Shown: positions 12,112 to 26,400, counted from the first letter of the stretch. The stretch: 64,000 nucleotides of DNA from Trichoplax sp. H2 (GCA_003344405.1 NOWV01000001.1:186001-250000); one strand, 5' to 3'. Notes: generated by a model from the sequence alone, not told the origin. Numbers and translations are program-made.

Positions 12112-14011
12112 TTTGTACCTGATAGACTTAGAGTAATAAAGTTCTCTTCTGTGAAACAGCTCTCTCTCGTCTCAGTTTAGAAGTAGAAGTAGACATATCA
12201 TTACACTGATATCCGAAAACAAAAGAAATTGCACTGTACGTCACACTGTACGTCACACTATACGTCAGAGTACGTGGCGCGTATTTCAGTCCGTCAAAAA
12301 CAAATGGCCGAATTTAGAACATCTATTGGACGTTGCGTCAATTCGTCTTGCGCGAGTACTAAAAGTGTGTAAATTAACAAAATTTTGAAATATTGTCGGT
12401 GTGCAATAGTTAACATCTCAGTTGAGAGGGGGTAAGCAATGATTCCAACAACTTTTGCTATTCTCCTATGGTCTACTGTACAGTCATCGGTAGTATCACT
12501 ATAAAAGTCATATCAAGTTTACTAAAATCGTACAAAAAAGAGAGATCTCTTCGCAATTTGATCAGTGTTATAAAAGTCTTTCATTGCACTGCTCTGTCAT
12601 GGACTACAAGTCATACTGGGATACTAATATTAAGATTGAAACTCAAATTTTTCATGTGCTCCACTGTATCTCTATGGCTAGCACATGATGAAAACGTCAA
12701 CTTTTAAAATAATTGCCATAGTTACATGTTTGCACAGGCTAAGATCAATATTGTAATTGAATATTCTCACAGGTGCAGGCAGGGACTACTCAATGACACC
12801 GCATCTAACAGTCCTTGGTGTAGGTAGATATCAATCAGTAATGAAATCAATCCTATTCCGTACGTGAGAAAAGACCTTTAGCACCTCGCTATAGCTGACA
12901 TTGTAGAAATGGCACTTGTGCTGTAGACCATAATAAAAATAATACTCCAGTATTATACAATCATAAATACGTAATTTTATTCTTATGTTATAAACATGAA
13001 AATGACCATGTTACTTGCCTACAATCATCATCAAGTTGTGATGTAAGCTATAAATTATGGATATATACAGTACAGTATATATAGATATACTGTACATACA
13101 CTGCATACCAATAAACATACAGTACAACAATATTGATGGATCATACTGTAATAAAGTACCATATCGATAAATTTGTAGTAGAATATTTATACTCTATCAA
13201 ATATCCAAAACGTACAGTAGAATAATATTGTAGATAAAAATGATTATAGACAGTAGAATAATGATTAAAAGACATCTTGATCGATCTGTTTGAAAAATCA
13301 AAGTAGCATTGGAAACAAAGACCATGTAATTTGCATTGTACAAGCTGTAAATGGACGTATAGTAACTAAAAGTAAACTACGAGCTAATCTAAATATTCCA
13401 TAAATAAAATGCTAAATTTGGTGTCATGTAACAGATTGTGTCCATCCATGGTTACAGCTTGCTGAAATGAATTAGTAATGACAGTTTTCTATCTCTTGAT
13501 GATTATACAACAAATGAATCTAGGCCTTCAATTTGTAACGAAAATACGTATATCTCTAATAATAATTTATATCTTTAGAATAGCACAATAAGAGAATAGC
13601 AACAGCGATAAATCTTCATTTTTTAACCTATCATTCAGAAATGATGAAAAATTTTTGCATTACAGTTACAACACGACGTTTTGATGACACAATTATGATC
13701 GCCGAATGACAAGCCTCAGACTTGGCTGTGTAATGTATGCAAATTATATATTGAATGCACAGTTGGGTGTGTGGATTCGGCTTATACCTTATAAAGAAAG
13801 AGGCCAATCTAATGCAACAAGGATTTAGATTGTTTTTTAACGTTGTTTCCTACGATATTGCATATAAAATATAAACGTATATACTGTATATATATATATA
13901 CATTAGGTGAGTACACCTACATATAGAATATAACCGGATCAACTACATTATTACCCGTAGTTATTTTGCAACGTGATCAATAAACAGTAATAACTATCGT
14001 CTTAACTAATA

Positions 14012-17000
14012 TTACACATAACTATCCGATTCATCATCTGAATCGGTATCATTAAAAGATGGAGTTGTTGCAGCTTTTCCATCCTTCTCTTTTTCAACTG
14101 TTTGCGTGAACGGTACTTTTCCCTTATCCATATATTCACTCCATACTTGTAATATTCTCTCTAAAATGATAATATGCTGTCTAAAATCTTGCGTTAATGA
14201 TTGCAATGGAATAGACCTATTTACTGACTTTGAATCAATACCATTGGTAGTATCTTTACTAGAACACATTAAAACTGGGCCAAAACAGATAGCCAAATTA
14301 TGAAAACTCATTTTATTACTATCCTCGAACTTTCCAACACGAACTAAATGGTCCAAGATGAATGATAATGTTGAACGATTTGGTTCAGGTAATGAGTTCA
14401 TTAAGTTTAAGATAGTCGCGTCGCAATCTTTACTCTCTAAAATACATGGATTATCAAATAAAGTAGGATACAATTCATTGGTTAACAACGGCTCTGGTAA
14501 TTCGCGTAAGTAATCTTTCAAGACACCAGTCAAAACATTAATATCTGGATATCGTTCAATATCACCTAAATTGACCGACATGGCATTAAATTCAAATTCT
14601 GTACGTAAAGTTTGCTTCCTTTTAGCTGATCCACATAAGCGGTATAAGCCAACAGTATCCATGCCACGCTCTTCAATAGCAGCTATACATTTTTGAACAA
14701 TTTGAGGTACTTGATTACCTTCACGTTGTGTTACCGCTGCTAAATCAACACCAAAAACTCCAGCAGTTCGTGCTGATGGGCGCCGCTGGAACGTTGATTC
14801 TTGTCCAACGAAATTAAATTTAGCATAGATGACACCGAAAGGCTTAGTATGTAATGCCATTTGATGATTAGGACCATAAGTATGGATCAATTTAGCAAAG
14901 TTCACATTGCCGCTTACAAACAAGGATTTATTATGTAATCTTGTACTTTTACTATTGCCAACAAAGCACTTAAATGAGACATATTGACAACAATCTAAAT
15001 CAATCTCGAACGATTCATCCCATTCGAATAGAGTGGTGCCACGCTTACTATTAGTTTTAGCTTGAATTTCACCATCTACTTCAATAATGCAATAGACATC
15101 ACGTTGTTTGCAATTATTATTATTACCATTATCACTTGATGTCATATCTTTACCACATAACAGATTGACACTTAAACGACCTGATAATAAGGCTTCTTTA
15201 CCATCCACTGATGGAGGGCTAACCCTTAATTCTTTGGCTTCACTAAAATGAGCAATAAAATCATGATCTAATTCATATTGTGTATAACTTGGACAGCGTT
15301 GCGATTTCTTATTACTTGAGGTTGTATTGCTATTACCAGACATGCCCAGCATACCAGAGACATCCAATATTTGCTTACGTTGCGAGGATTTCGGGCTAGC
15401 AAATAACTTCTTTTTACTATATGTCGATTTTGTCTTTGTCGATGATGGCATATTATCGGATGGCATACTGGATGCTTGGGCTGCAACTAATCCCATGCCA
15501 ACAATAGCTGAGAGCGATTTAGAACGATTACGTTTATTTGAGAACTTTTTCTTCCCTTTACCATTTAATACTGGTGTACCTACTGGTGGAGGGACACCTA
15601 GCAAATCAGTTGTATTTTTAAATCGAAATCTTTTCTTCTCCTTTTTCGCTAGATTAGCACGAGCTATACCAGGCGTTAATGTCATTTTTTTGGTATCTAA
15701 GACAGGCTTATCATTTTGACTATTGGGTATTTCATCATCGTCAGCGCTATAAGACCGTTCTCGTTGATCCGAAGATGGAGGATTTTCGATACTCATCGTT
15801 AAAGGAGATGGTACGCCAATAGGTGACGGGCTTGAGCGATTAGATGGTGGTGTTTCTAATACAGGTGTTGATGCTCCTGAATCAGTACAATCGCTATCGA
15901 TAGCGATGATAGGTAATGTAAGCTGTTTACGGATATTCAATTGCAATGACATTTTTTGAGCCAAGCTATTGGCCATTTTGCTGGAGTCATCTTCGTCTGA
16001 ACTAATCGAAGTATCTGGCCGCACTGAATCATCTGAACTTTGTATTGAACTATTATCAGCTTCAGATTGCGACGAAATAGTCATAACAATATCGTCATGA
16101 TCGCGTTCTGATGTTGATTCTGAGTTTTGTCGAATAACTTGTTGATCCGGTAATGTAGCAGCTGGTAGTATTGGCGATGAATGGCGGCGATCTTCATTAC
16201 ATGGTAGCGATAATAGCGAGTGAGCAATATTCTTGTCGGCTTGATTGATATCATCACCATGTCGACGTTGACTATCCGACTGACGGCTTCTCCAGGTTCG
16301 ATTACTTTTTGGTGATGGTATAGAATCTTGTTGAGTATCTGAATCTTCATGATTGGAATTAGGATAAGAATCGGAATTATAATTATAATTTTCACTGGTT
16401 GAATCGTAGGATTCGGTAGCTGAAAAATACGAACTATCGTTCCCTGTTTGATAAAAGCGAGTGTTAACAGGTGAGATCATTGGAGTACGATTACTAGAGT
16501 GATTTGTGCCACCATAATCGATGATAGAACCTTCATTTAATATTTCTAGCGATGATGGTATACCTTTTCTAGATACAGGGAATTGATCAGAGCTTCGCCG
16601 ATTATTTTTTGTACGCGATGGAGCCAAGAGTTGGTTTGTTGTTGAACGATGATTGGACATGGATTGATGAGAATTATTATGACTTGATAGAAATGGTTGC
16701 TGAGGATCAGAATGCCGATGTCGTTGTTGACGTGGATAATGATTATGATTGCTACCACTGTGATCTAATCCTTTCGATGATGATAATAATTGTTGCTGTT
16801 GATGATAACTTGTGTAGCGATTTGTTTCTAAATGCTGTGGGCGATTGATAAATTCAGTAGGCGAATTACGACATGATGTTGAAACTCGTCGTTTTAGTGT
16901 CAAGGATAATTTAGTTGGATTACGTAGTAAAACAACGACATCATCTAATGTCATGTCAGCAACACTGACATTATTAACATTGAGTAATTCATCGCCAATT

Positions 17001-17479
17001 TGAACTAAATTGTTCACATCGACAACACTACCTAGAGCAATTCTAGATACAAAGATTCCATCCAAACGATCGAATCCATCGCCATTACGGATATAAAAAC
17101 CAATGGATACACCGGGTGTTTTCATTAATTCTACCCTACTAATACTATATGCTCCACTCTCATCGCGGATATGAGTAACCGACGTAATGTTATATGAATG
17201 CTCAGCGGCGCTTTCTTGGCCATTTTCATGCAATCCTGGGTCCGCATGATGAAGTCGATTGATACTGTCATCGCTAATATCACTTGCACGTCTTTGCATA
17301 AATTTTTTAGCAATATTTTTCTTGATCAGTTGACTATATTGCTTTTTAATACCGTTGCTTTTGCGAGGATTAGAAGGGCTATTAACTAAATTAGGATTGT
17401 CTTGCGGCCATATTGCTTGATTATCATAAGTGTAGCCAGCTGGCACCGATTGTTGATTGACAAACTGTTTATCAGACAT
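14012..17479 (-). CDS. syd-1: PDZ-C2-RhoGAP protein, Syd-1/RhoGAP100F/SYDE family, 1155 aa, single coding exon
   Basis: N-terminal PDZ domain (VELMKTPGVSIGFYIRNGDG...GIFVSRIALGS...GDELLNVN). C2 domain (LSGRLSVNLLCG...DVYCIIEVD...FEWDESFEIDL). RhoGAP domain (VFGVDL...IVQKCIAAIEERG...GLYRLCGS...LKDYLRELPEPL...NKMSFHNLAICFGP). This domain order is diagnostic for invertebrate Syd-1. Confidence 0.9.
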   Translation of the reverse strand: MSDKQFVNQQSVPAGYTYDNQAIWPQDNPNLVNSPSNPRKSNGIKKQYSQLIKKNIAKKFMQRRASDISDDSINRLHHADPGLHENGQESAAEHSYNITSVTHIRDESGAYSISRVELMKTPGVSIGFYIRNGDGFDRLDGIFVSRIALGSVVDVNNLVQIGDELLNVNNVSVADMTLDDVVVLLRNPTKLSLTLKRRVSTSCRNSPTEFINRPQHLETNRYTSYHQQQQLLSSSKGLDHSGSNHNHYPRQQRHRHSDPQQPFLSSHNNSHQSMSNHRSTTNQLLAPSRTKNNRRSSDQFPVSRKGIPSSLEILNEGSIIDYGGTNHSSNRTPMISPVNTRFYQTGNDSSYFSATESYDSTSENYNYNSDSYPNSNHEDSDTQQDSIPSPKSNRTWRSRQSDSQRRHGDDINQADKNIAHSLLSLPCNEDRRHSSPILPAATLPDQQVIRQNSESTSERDHDDIVMTISSQSEADNSSIQSSDDSVRPDTSISSDEDDSSKMANSLAQKMSLQLNIRKQLTLPIIAIDSDCTDSGASTPVLETPPSNRSSPSPIGVPSPLTMSIENPPSSDQRERSYSADDDEIPNSQNDKPVLDTKKMTLTPGIARANLAKKEKKRFRFKNTTDLLGVPPPVGTPVLNGKGKKKFSNKRNRSKSLSAIVGMGLVAAQASSMPSDNMPSSTKTKSTYSKKKLFASPKSSQRKQILDVSGMLGMSGNSNTTSSNKKSQRCPSYTQYELDHDFIAHFSEAKELRVSPPSVDGKEALLSGRLSVNLLCGKDMTSSDNGNNNNCKQRDVYCIIEVDGEIQAKTNSKRGTTLFEWDESFEIDLDCCQYVSFKCFVGNSKSTRLHNKSLFVSGNVNFAKLIHTYGPNHQMALHTKPFGVIYAKFNFVGQESTFQRRPSARTAGVFGVDLAAVTQREGNQVPQIVQKCIAAIEERGMDTVGLYRLCGSAKRKQTLRTEFEFNAMSVNLGDIERYPDINVLTGVLKDYLRELPEPLLTNELYPTLFDNPCILESKDCDATILNLMNSLPEPNRSTLSFILDHLVRVGKFEDSNKMSFHNLAICFGPVLMCSSKDTTNGIDSKSVNRSIPLQSLTQDFRQHIIILERILQVWSEYMDKGKVPFTQTVEKEKDGKAATTPSFNDTDSDDESDSYV

Positions 17480-20400
17480 GATGTGATTTCGATTCAGTCT
17501 GCCTTCCTGACGAGTACTATTCTTAGCGATAGCCGATGGTTGAGAGGATATAGTGGATATTCTATCTATCCAACTCTCCGGTCACTCAAATCATTGCTTG
17601 AAATGAATCACTTGCTTTATATTTTTACGGGGTTGAGCTTTTTGACTTGTATTCTGAATATAGATAAATAAATCAATGGATCGATTAAATAAAGTCCGCT
17701 AACAACCTCAATAATATAGATTGAGTTACGTAAATTAAATATCATGGAGTGCTATTTATTCTACTAAAAGCTCGTGATCATAAATCGTTGTAATAAAAAA
17801 TATTCTGGTATATGTATGTAATGTAATTGAGTAAGAAAAAATTGGTATAAAATGAATTAAAAATCTCAGATTCTGTTATTATGTGATAATCTATCTTTAT
17901 CTTAAACGAATGCGAAACTCATATCGAAATTATTTCTTATTACATCTCTGCTTCGCTAAAATACTATTTTCGTAGAATTGAAAATAAAGCGAAAACATCA
18001 AGCCTTTATCATAAGACAACAATGTAATTGAAAAAAGGTTTACTATTATTTCTATCTGTTCCGGTAGAACTTCACAAAGAAATAGGCCTTCAATGTTGGA
18101 TAACGTCGGGAAGATGATGAACAAGATGGAATTTATTAAAAGTAGACAGTGAGGTTCTTTGACGTTATATCAACATAACTGTATGTCGATTAAATTAGAA
18201 TCTATAAATGAACTCGATACGAACGGAATAATTAACCTATAAGACAACAAGAAACTAGTAAGGAAGTTTTCAATCTTAATTAAATGTTCAGCACAGAATG
18301 GACCTATGAATAAATGCTGATAATAACGAAACGGAAATTAACCTTATTTTGTGTATAGTACGATCGCATAATTCTCGACGTACGCGTATTCTCTATTAAT
18401 TAAATCCTCATCATACGTAAAATATAAAGCATTGAAGAAAATGAACGGAAATTAAGTCCAAGTAAATGAGCTGTATATGAAGTAATTTTAATCAAAGTTT
18501 CCATGACATACTGTCTGTATAGGATATAGAATTATTGTTTATAAAAATTGAAGTAAAAATAGATGCATTAATTTTAATTGGGTAGCTAGACATTATTTTC
18601 AAATAATGTTACATTACCCATTGTGCCATAGAGTACTAGTAGCACCTGGATTAAGATGTAGCCAAATTATAAAAGTATAGTTGTTTTAATTCCATGGGTT
18701 TAAATTAAACTATTCAAAGCTATTTACTAGTTAAAGAATCTAATTATAAATATCCTATTCAGGTTGAAATCGTTTTACTTACAAGAGTATTAGCACTAGA
18801 GATCCTAGAGTCTCTAATTATCTTTCTTTTTAGCAATTTATGCCCTAGTTTAGGCATAGTCATAGCATTGTAGTGTAAATGGTGACAGAAAAACTTCCTA
18901 AACTAAAAAGGACTCCTGATCACTATCCTAATGTTTAGCCTATTCTATCGAAGCCAACCAAATTAATAACAGCTGTAGTGTAATTAAAGCAATTCACTGT
19001 ACACCATTACCTAGATTTTATTCAGTATTCAACTTTTTTTTTCCTATTATTCTCTCATTAAATGAAGTGAAACAGACTCTGATCTAGATTTTTTAATCCA
19101 ACTTCTACGGTACTAGACGTTATCACAGGACTATTCATCATATTTAAGATCATACTAATTTTACGTATAGGACATAATCTAAGCTAGCGGGAACCATGAC
19201 CATCAATGATCAATGAGAAATTAAGAAAGAAAATCTCATCAATACTAAACACCCGTAATTCATAAATTTTTGACCTTTATGAAGTCGCATTTTTAATCTG
19301 AATTGCTTAGATAATTTATGAGACCATATGCCCTTTAATTGATCTATCATTTCAAGATTGACTAGAAATGATTACAAGAAACGGGTATATTCATCTATCC
19401 TTTTTTCCCTTTAATTGCGCTATCACTGTCAAGATTATTACAGATACTAACTTGAAAATTCTCCATCGAAAATCTTTAAATTTTGACGCAAAGAGTTATC
19501 GCACTCCTTTACTATGTTTGCACTAAAACTATAAGATTGCAGTCACATCACAATGAAGAATACACCAGCAGCTTTTTAAATTATATTAAAGTTATTTTTT
19601 AGACTGCCTTTAGTGAATTGTATAGCTTGACAGGATAAGCTCTGTACGGAGAAATAACTCAATTAGATTTTTGCTAGCGACAGCGACACTAATTAATGGC
19701 TAACAGCAATAATAACGAGTCTGTATGAAACCGAAAAGCCAGAAAGTTAAAAAAATTGTTATTTTAATCTTTCCTAAATAGTACAATGACTATAGAGTCA
19801 ATGGAGGATTTTCGCTAATGACGACTAATTATTTCTTTCTATTACTTGAAGTAAAGTTTGTCAATAAATGACTTGTATTTGAAGAAGGGCAAATTAAAGT
19901 CATAAAATCATAAAACATCTATTTTAGAGTTATAGTAGCAAAAATATGCGAATTAGCAGCGTTGGAGATGAATTACTGTAGTACAGTCGGAATTAAACAA
20001 AAGCTCTTAACCGCATTTATTTTATGACATAAAAATGGGGTGTTAACTATTTCATGAGTCATAAAATTCTTCAACCAATACATAGTAAGTGAGAATATTC
20101 AAATTGAACTCAACCTACTCACTAATAGGCTAAGATAATATCCGATAGCAGCGATCGAAAGGGAAATTTACTATCATCATGACTTAACAGAATAATATCA
20201 TGTGATAGGCACCATCTTGGTGAAGCTCAATCCTAGGATACTATCAATTTTTACCGGAATTGTCAAGCATTTAACTGTAATTAACTACAGACTATTGCTA
20301 ATTGTATTGATAGAATGTGCTATATTGTACATTCTATTTATATCGATGAAATTCACATTATAAAATAGTAACACAAACCCGATCGATATGGCTACTTTGC

Positions 20401-23400
20401 AGCATTTTCTCAAATGCTCACCGATATAGAAAGTAAGGATTATGCACTAGAATTATCTACGCAAGGTAGAAATCCACGCTGGTAGTGGTTGACTAACGCA
20501 TGGATTTAGTGTCGAAACGGTGATTAACTTAAAAATGTAGTCAATTAAAGAAAAAAATATAGAATAGCTAGATGCAAACCTAGACAGTTCATCATATCTT
20601 AAACTTTACGACCATATTAACAGACTACTTCCTTAATGTTAATGCTTGGATACGTGCTGTCGCTTTTTTGCTGACGAATCAAAATGCGTAATAGCGTATT
20701 TTTGGATTACCATAATTCTATAGTAGGTGACTAGACAGAGAACAATTTTGGATAATATACTATGCACTAGACTATAAGACGATATTCTACTGATATTTAA
20801 CGATATATGTTTCAAAGAGGAAGAAACGGATCCAACTTACAAAAAGTATGATCTGATGGTGTATCCAAGTTGAAGATTTCTTTACCGGAAGGACTAAATC
20901 GTTCGTAGAACACGCAATTAATGAATCGAATGGTCCTTTTTCTACGAGAACAATTTATTGTAAATTTTCAACCTTCAAATTCGGGAGCTTTTAATTAGTG
21001 TAAATAACTTTGAACACTTCACTTTACCTTGACGCGTTGTTAGCGTTAGCTTTAGGCAGTTTTAAATCGTTGTTGTACAACTTTAATCGCCAGTAAGGTG
21101 AAAGTACAATTTATCAAATGAGAACGTGATCAAAAAGATCCAATGATGTATTAATTCGATCTCCTACTTCAAGTCAAGAGTTGGGCAGTTCTTTAATAGA
21201 TAGATTTGAAGAGAATAGAAACAGTGAATAGCTACATTACAACATGGCCTGAAGGAAGAAAATTGACAAACTAGCATTGAACCAATTCTATGCTGGTACT
21301 TATATCTCACTCTTATAGCATAAAATGATGATGGATAGAAATGCTTATCCGCTACTATTTTATACTGGTTGGGGAAGTCCTTAACTTTTATGCTATTTAT
21401 TTTTTAGCTTTTGTCAACAGCTGGAAAGTTATGTCAAACAATACTAGCAAGATGAATAAATCAGATGGCAAATAATAGCATGAGGAAGGTTTACAACACG
21501 GATGCTGAGTCTATAATTGACATCTGCAAACCATTGATTGATCGTTGACATAATCTTTTATTAGCCATAACATTACTAATCAGCATATTCTTCTAATTGG
21601 TTGCTAGGTACCATTCTATGCAAAGCAACTAAGCATCAATAGTTTACTCTATAGCCATCATTATTTTTTACCCTTTATTGATTGATTGTTCCATTATTGA
21701 GGAACGTGATGTTTGTGTAATGGCATCTTGTTGACAAATCTTCACCTTATTTTGTGTTAGCGTTCTTCATAGTTTGCCGGTAATCAATGCAAGAAGAGTA
21801 TAATTAGTTCTAACTTTTGCTAGGCAGTTGACTCATCTCCTTATCATATTATTAATTACAATATTGAGTTGGATAATATCGAATTTGCAATATATTCAAA
21901 TCTTGAAAATAGTTACTTGTAAATGCTATATGACTTCTCTAATGGGCCATGGCCAAAGACCTGAATTCCATCTTAACTAGAGCGTGTAGTAATTAGAAAA
22001 TTAGAGTACAGTAGTCTATTTCTTTTCTAGCATTATTGGCTAAAAAATTACCGTCTAATTAACAGTCTAATAGTATTGCAAGCCTATATCCAACATGATC
22101 AATACGCTTAAAGGCAGCAAGACTATCTACAGAAAGTAAATGATAACAACAAATATTTCTTGCCATCAATTGAATACAACTAATCACGTTTCCAACATGA
22201 TGATAGTGATTGTCTTATACTTCATTTTTGTACATGGATCATGACATATATGTCGGTCAAAGTCCTCCCACATATGTTTTATTTAACATCCGCTAGCGAA
22301 ACAACGATGAGTAGTAGTACTATAAAGGCTAACTGTCGGTATATCTAAGAAGTTGAGTAGAAATCAGCTTGTAAAATTGCTGCTATGTTGACTTTATAAA
22401 GTTAGTGATAATCCTCTTCTAACGTAGTCATTGTTAAATACCGCGATTCATGCTATAAAAAGGTTGGCATCTATTATCGTCTCATTTCAGATAGCTACAT
22501 TTCGTTAGGAAGAGATTTCGTACACCTAAGCTTGCATAATCATTGGTTCAAGCTATCTCTAGATAGTCTATCATGATACAGTGACAGCAATATTATGTTG
22601 TGTTAAAAGTTGAAATTGATCAGCACAATCATTGTAAAGATAGCAGCTGAATAGAAGGTAGTATCAGTGGTAGAAGTAATAGTACATGCAGAAAAAAATG
22701 TATACTATTCGCAGATGCTTTATACCTAGCATAGAATTTATCTATCAGGTTAAGATACGATAGGACTTAGAATAGAAAAACTACGTGGGATAATTGGTTA
22801 ACAATTACAATGATTCAATGTTATCCAAGATTAAAATAAGCTAATACAATATTGATGGTAGGAACAGAATATGATTTAATGAATCGTTCAGCTTGATTAA
22901 TTTTATCATTTCACAACTTCCTACAGAATTTAATAAAGGGATGAGAAAGAATTTTCGTTTGCAGTTGGATGGCATAATGTTGATAATCTACACACAGCAT
23001 GACTGATACAAGTTTTCAAGCCCATTAATTTGCTATTTTATAATTTCTTACAGAGTTTAATGGAAAAAAATTATTTTTTTAAATAAGTTAAAATTTCCCA
23101 GTTTCATCGTAGACTGATAATGTATAAGAATTTTACTCCTGTTATTAATATTCCTCAAATGAAAAATGGAAGCATTCAAAATTTATAGCAATTTTTTCAT
23201 GGTTAAGCTACCCAGTTTTCAACAATAATTGGGCGATTATCCCATCTAACAACTTAAATTAACGCAATAGTTTATTACAGGAAGGTACAATAAGTATTTA
23301 AGACAAATAATTGATTTTAAAAAGTTACATCATATTCTTATATAGCTATGATGTAAGATTGAACTATGTGAGAAACGATAGAAATAACTATTCTATTTTA

Positions 23401-26400
23401 TATAGTCGTTACAAAATTGATGAATCTCTCTTTACCCTCTATAGAATTGAGTATTATTTAAATAACAAATTCTTTCATGACATCAATTAGAAATTAATTA
23501 TTGATTCCTAATAAGCGTAAAATAATGCTAGCAACTTTAATAAAAGGAAATAATGTCATAGCTCCAGATATCCCACCCTATAACTGTCCTATCCTATCAA
23601 TATTTAATCTGGTAAAATTATTTTTTATGGCCTTAATTAATCTCCTTTTATATCTAAAAATTGAGATCATTTCAAGTTTATTCTGAATCGAATTCTTTTT
23701 TGTCAGGACAAACGAGTATAATAAGATATTGTGCGCCATTTTAATCGTCAATCCCGGCAAATGGATAATATCACTATAAGATTTATAATGAAACGTCAAA
23801 ATGACATTTTTTCCATTTAAATAGGAATGATAAGGCTCTCCTAATGATACAGATTGCAATTTAATCACTTAAATTATTTATCAAAGAATGAAGATATGGC
23901 TGCGCCTAAGCTGCCATTTTCTCCATCATTATGAATACGATGATACCATTTTTGGTGCCGTTGTGTCCCACAATTTTAATAATACTGATTGTTTATGTAG
24001 ATACTAAACATCTGTAAGCATCGTCCGCCTGCCTTCAAGTGTATCTGTACTTTGCTGCCACTTGATACGATATTTACCTCTATCGTTATGAACTATTCTA
24101 AGTTTAGAAAAAGAGCTCACTATCGCAAATTTAGTATAGAGCTTGACTTGTTTAAATTCAGACTAAGAGCAATATCTTAAATTTACATAACCTATTAACA
24201 TACTTCTTTTTACCTCATGCAAGACAAATTTGACTATTACTTTCAAAATTTTATTATAGATGACGGAGAATTATTTTAGATTGACAACATGTTTTAACAT
24301 TCATCATAAAAATTAATTTGACGCCAGCCTAAGACAGTATTATATCGATAAAGATGAGCTAAAACTGAACGATAAGTCCACTGATGAAACACTCAATGGA
24401 TTGTTCTGCAAATAATAAATTTCAAGTGTTGTAAAAAATTTGAATATTTACTGTTTTCCTATCATTTAGTCATAATACAGTATTAGCAGAAACGATAATC
24501 ATTATGTTATTTACTTCCTGCATTAAATTTTTTATTAGCCAGGCTAATCGATAGATAATGATCAAATTTATTTTTATTGTAGCTCATTTTACCCTATATC
24601 TTTAATTAAGAGATTAATCTACTTTATGCATGATGGTAGAGAGTCATTACTATCCCTAAATCGTATCAGGTTTTGCTCAACTAATGTATGGATGAATAAA
24701 AAAAATTTGGAGGCAATTTCTTTCAATTCTAAGATTTGCAACAAGCATAAGATAGACGGTAATGACAACAGTTGTTGTTCATCTTGGTGAACAACAACTT
24801 CATTCTTAGTAAGGAATAACTGCATTGGTTGTTATTGAATTTGGTCATAGCGTATTAGCATCATATTTTACAAATGTACTTACAAACTGTTTTATTAGAT
24901 GTTTAAGGACAAAGCCATAAAAGAATTAAGCTGACCAACACCCAATTTATTCGCCTACCATGAATTATGGATACAAGAAACTTGATTATATGATATTATC
25001 GATCTATTCTGTCAATTAATCTGCTCCTGGCTATCAATGACTGATGATGTCACATTAATCCTCTAAATTATGCCACCTTTTATTTATTTCTACCAGTTAT
25101 TGTTGCTATTGCTTAAGATAGACAATACATCATTTTAACAACATGATGTTTTTCTAAATTTTTCTTCTCTTTGGACAATAGCTATTATTCAACATTATCA
25201 GAGTCATAGCTTTTAGCTTCGTCAGATGATTTGTATTAATATATACAGCATAGTCTAAAATGACAAATAAATACTATTCGCGTGTTTTCTAAAAAAATTA
25301 CTTGGATTACATCATGTGCTGTAATAAACACAGGCTTGTTTAATCAAGCCCAATTTCTCCTCTACTATTATTATGAGATATAAAGTGGTAGATGAGATCA
25401 ATAATGGTTGCATGTAAGCATTCAAAGGTGTTACTTGGTAAGATATTGAGCAACTTTAGATGTATTCCAACGTGTAATATTTGAAAATAGTATGAAGGTA
25501 GTAATTAAATCAAGTACAGTAAGAATTGATAGAACGGTACTGTCATTTTATTAGTAAATCTTAGTCGAGGCCGAATGATAATATTATCAAGGGAACTCTA
25601 ATGGTGTCTTAATATTTCTTAAATTCAAATCTTGCGAAGTCTTCATATTTCGAATACTTCCTAAAATATGGATTTTCTACTGCATAAAACTACCACTTAT
25701 ATAGTTTGAATGGAGCAATTTAATATCATCGATGCAACTGGTGCTTTATGGTCTTATTTCGTCATAAAACCTGATAACTTTACATTTTCACTCTTTACAC
25801 TAATTTCAACCTTTACCGCATCTTTTTTTTTACTGTATTGTAAAAGTTATTTCTACATAAAACTGCTGCCTAACATGACTACCACAGTAAATACAGAGAA
25901 ATAGTATAATATTGCAACATGGTCTTTAGGCTGATAATTGCTACATCTAGGTACCATAATGATGGTATTTATATCTTATACGATTAATGACTGAGAAAAC
26001 GGCAGATATCTATTCCTATAACCTCAGTATAAAGTAACAGAACAGAATAACCGATGATATTTTTAAAGTACTTCTTGAAAAATGTTAACTGTTATTCTAT
26101 CTGTAAACAGGGGCACTCGATCTTTATAAAAAAATATGAATCAGCGAAATAATAGAAGCGGTCTTTTTGATGTAGTAGCGAGTCTAAATATCAATTCGGG
26201 TGTTTGGGGTTGATTTTGGTCATAGTACGACTCCTAATGTTTTAAGATTATTACAGATAAGGTCAAAATTTTCACAATGGTCTATTTGAATGATCTAATC
26301 GATATCATAACCTCGTAAGCTGATTGATAAACTGCAATAGCACATATTAGCCTATATGCCGATGGGCATATTTCCGTCATAGATTTCGGATTTAAGCGTA

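Noticed and set aside
14106-17671. Several short ORFs overlapping the Syd-1 CDS
   Set aside because: They are antisense or alternative-frame shadows with no recognisable domains.
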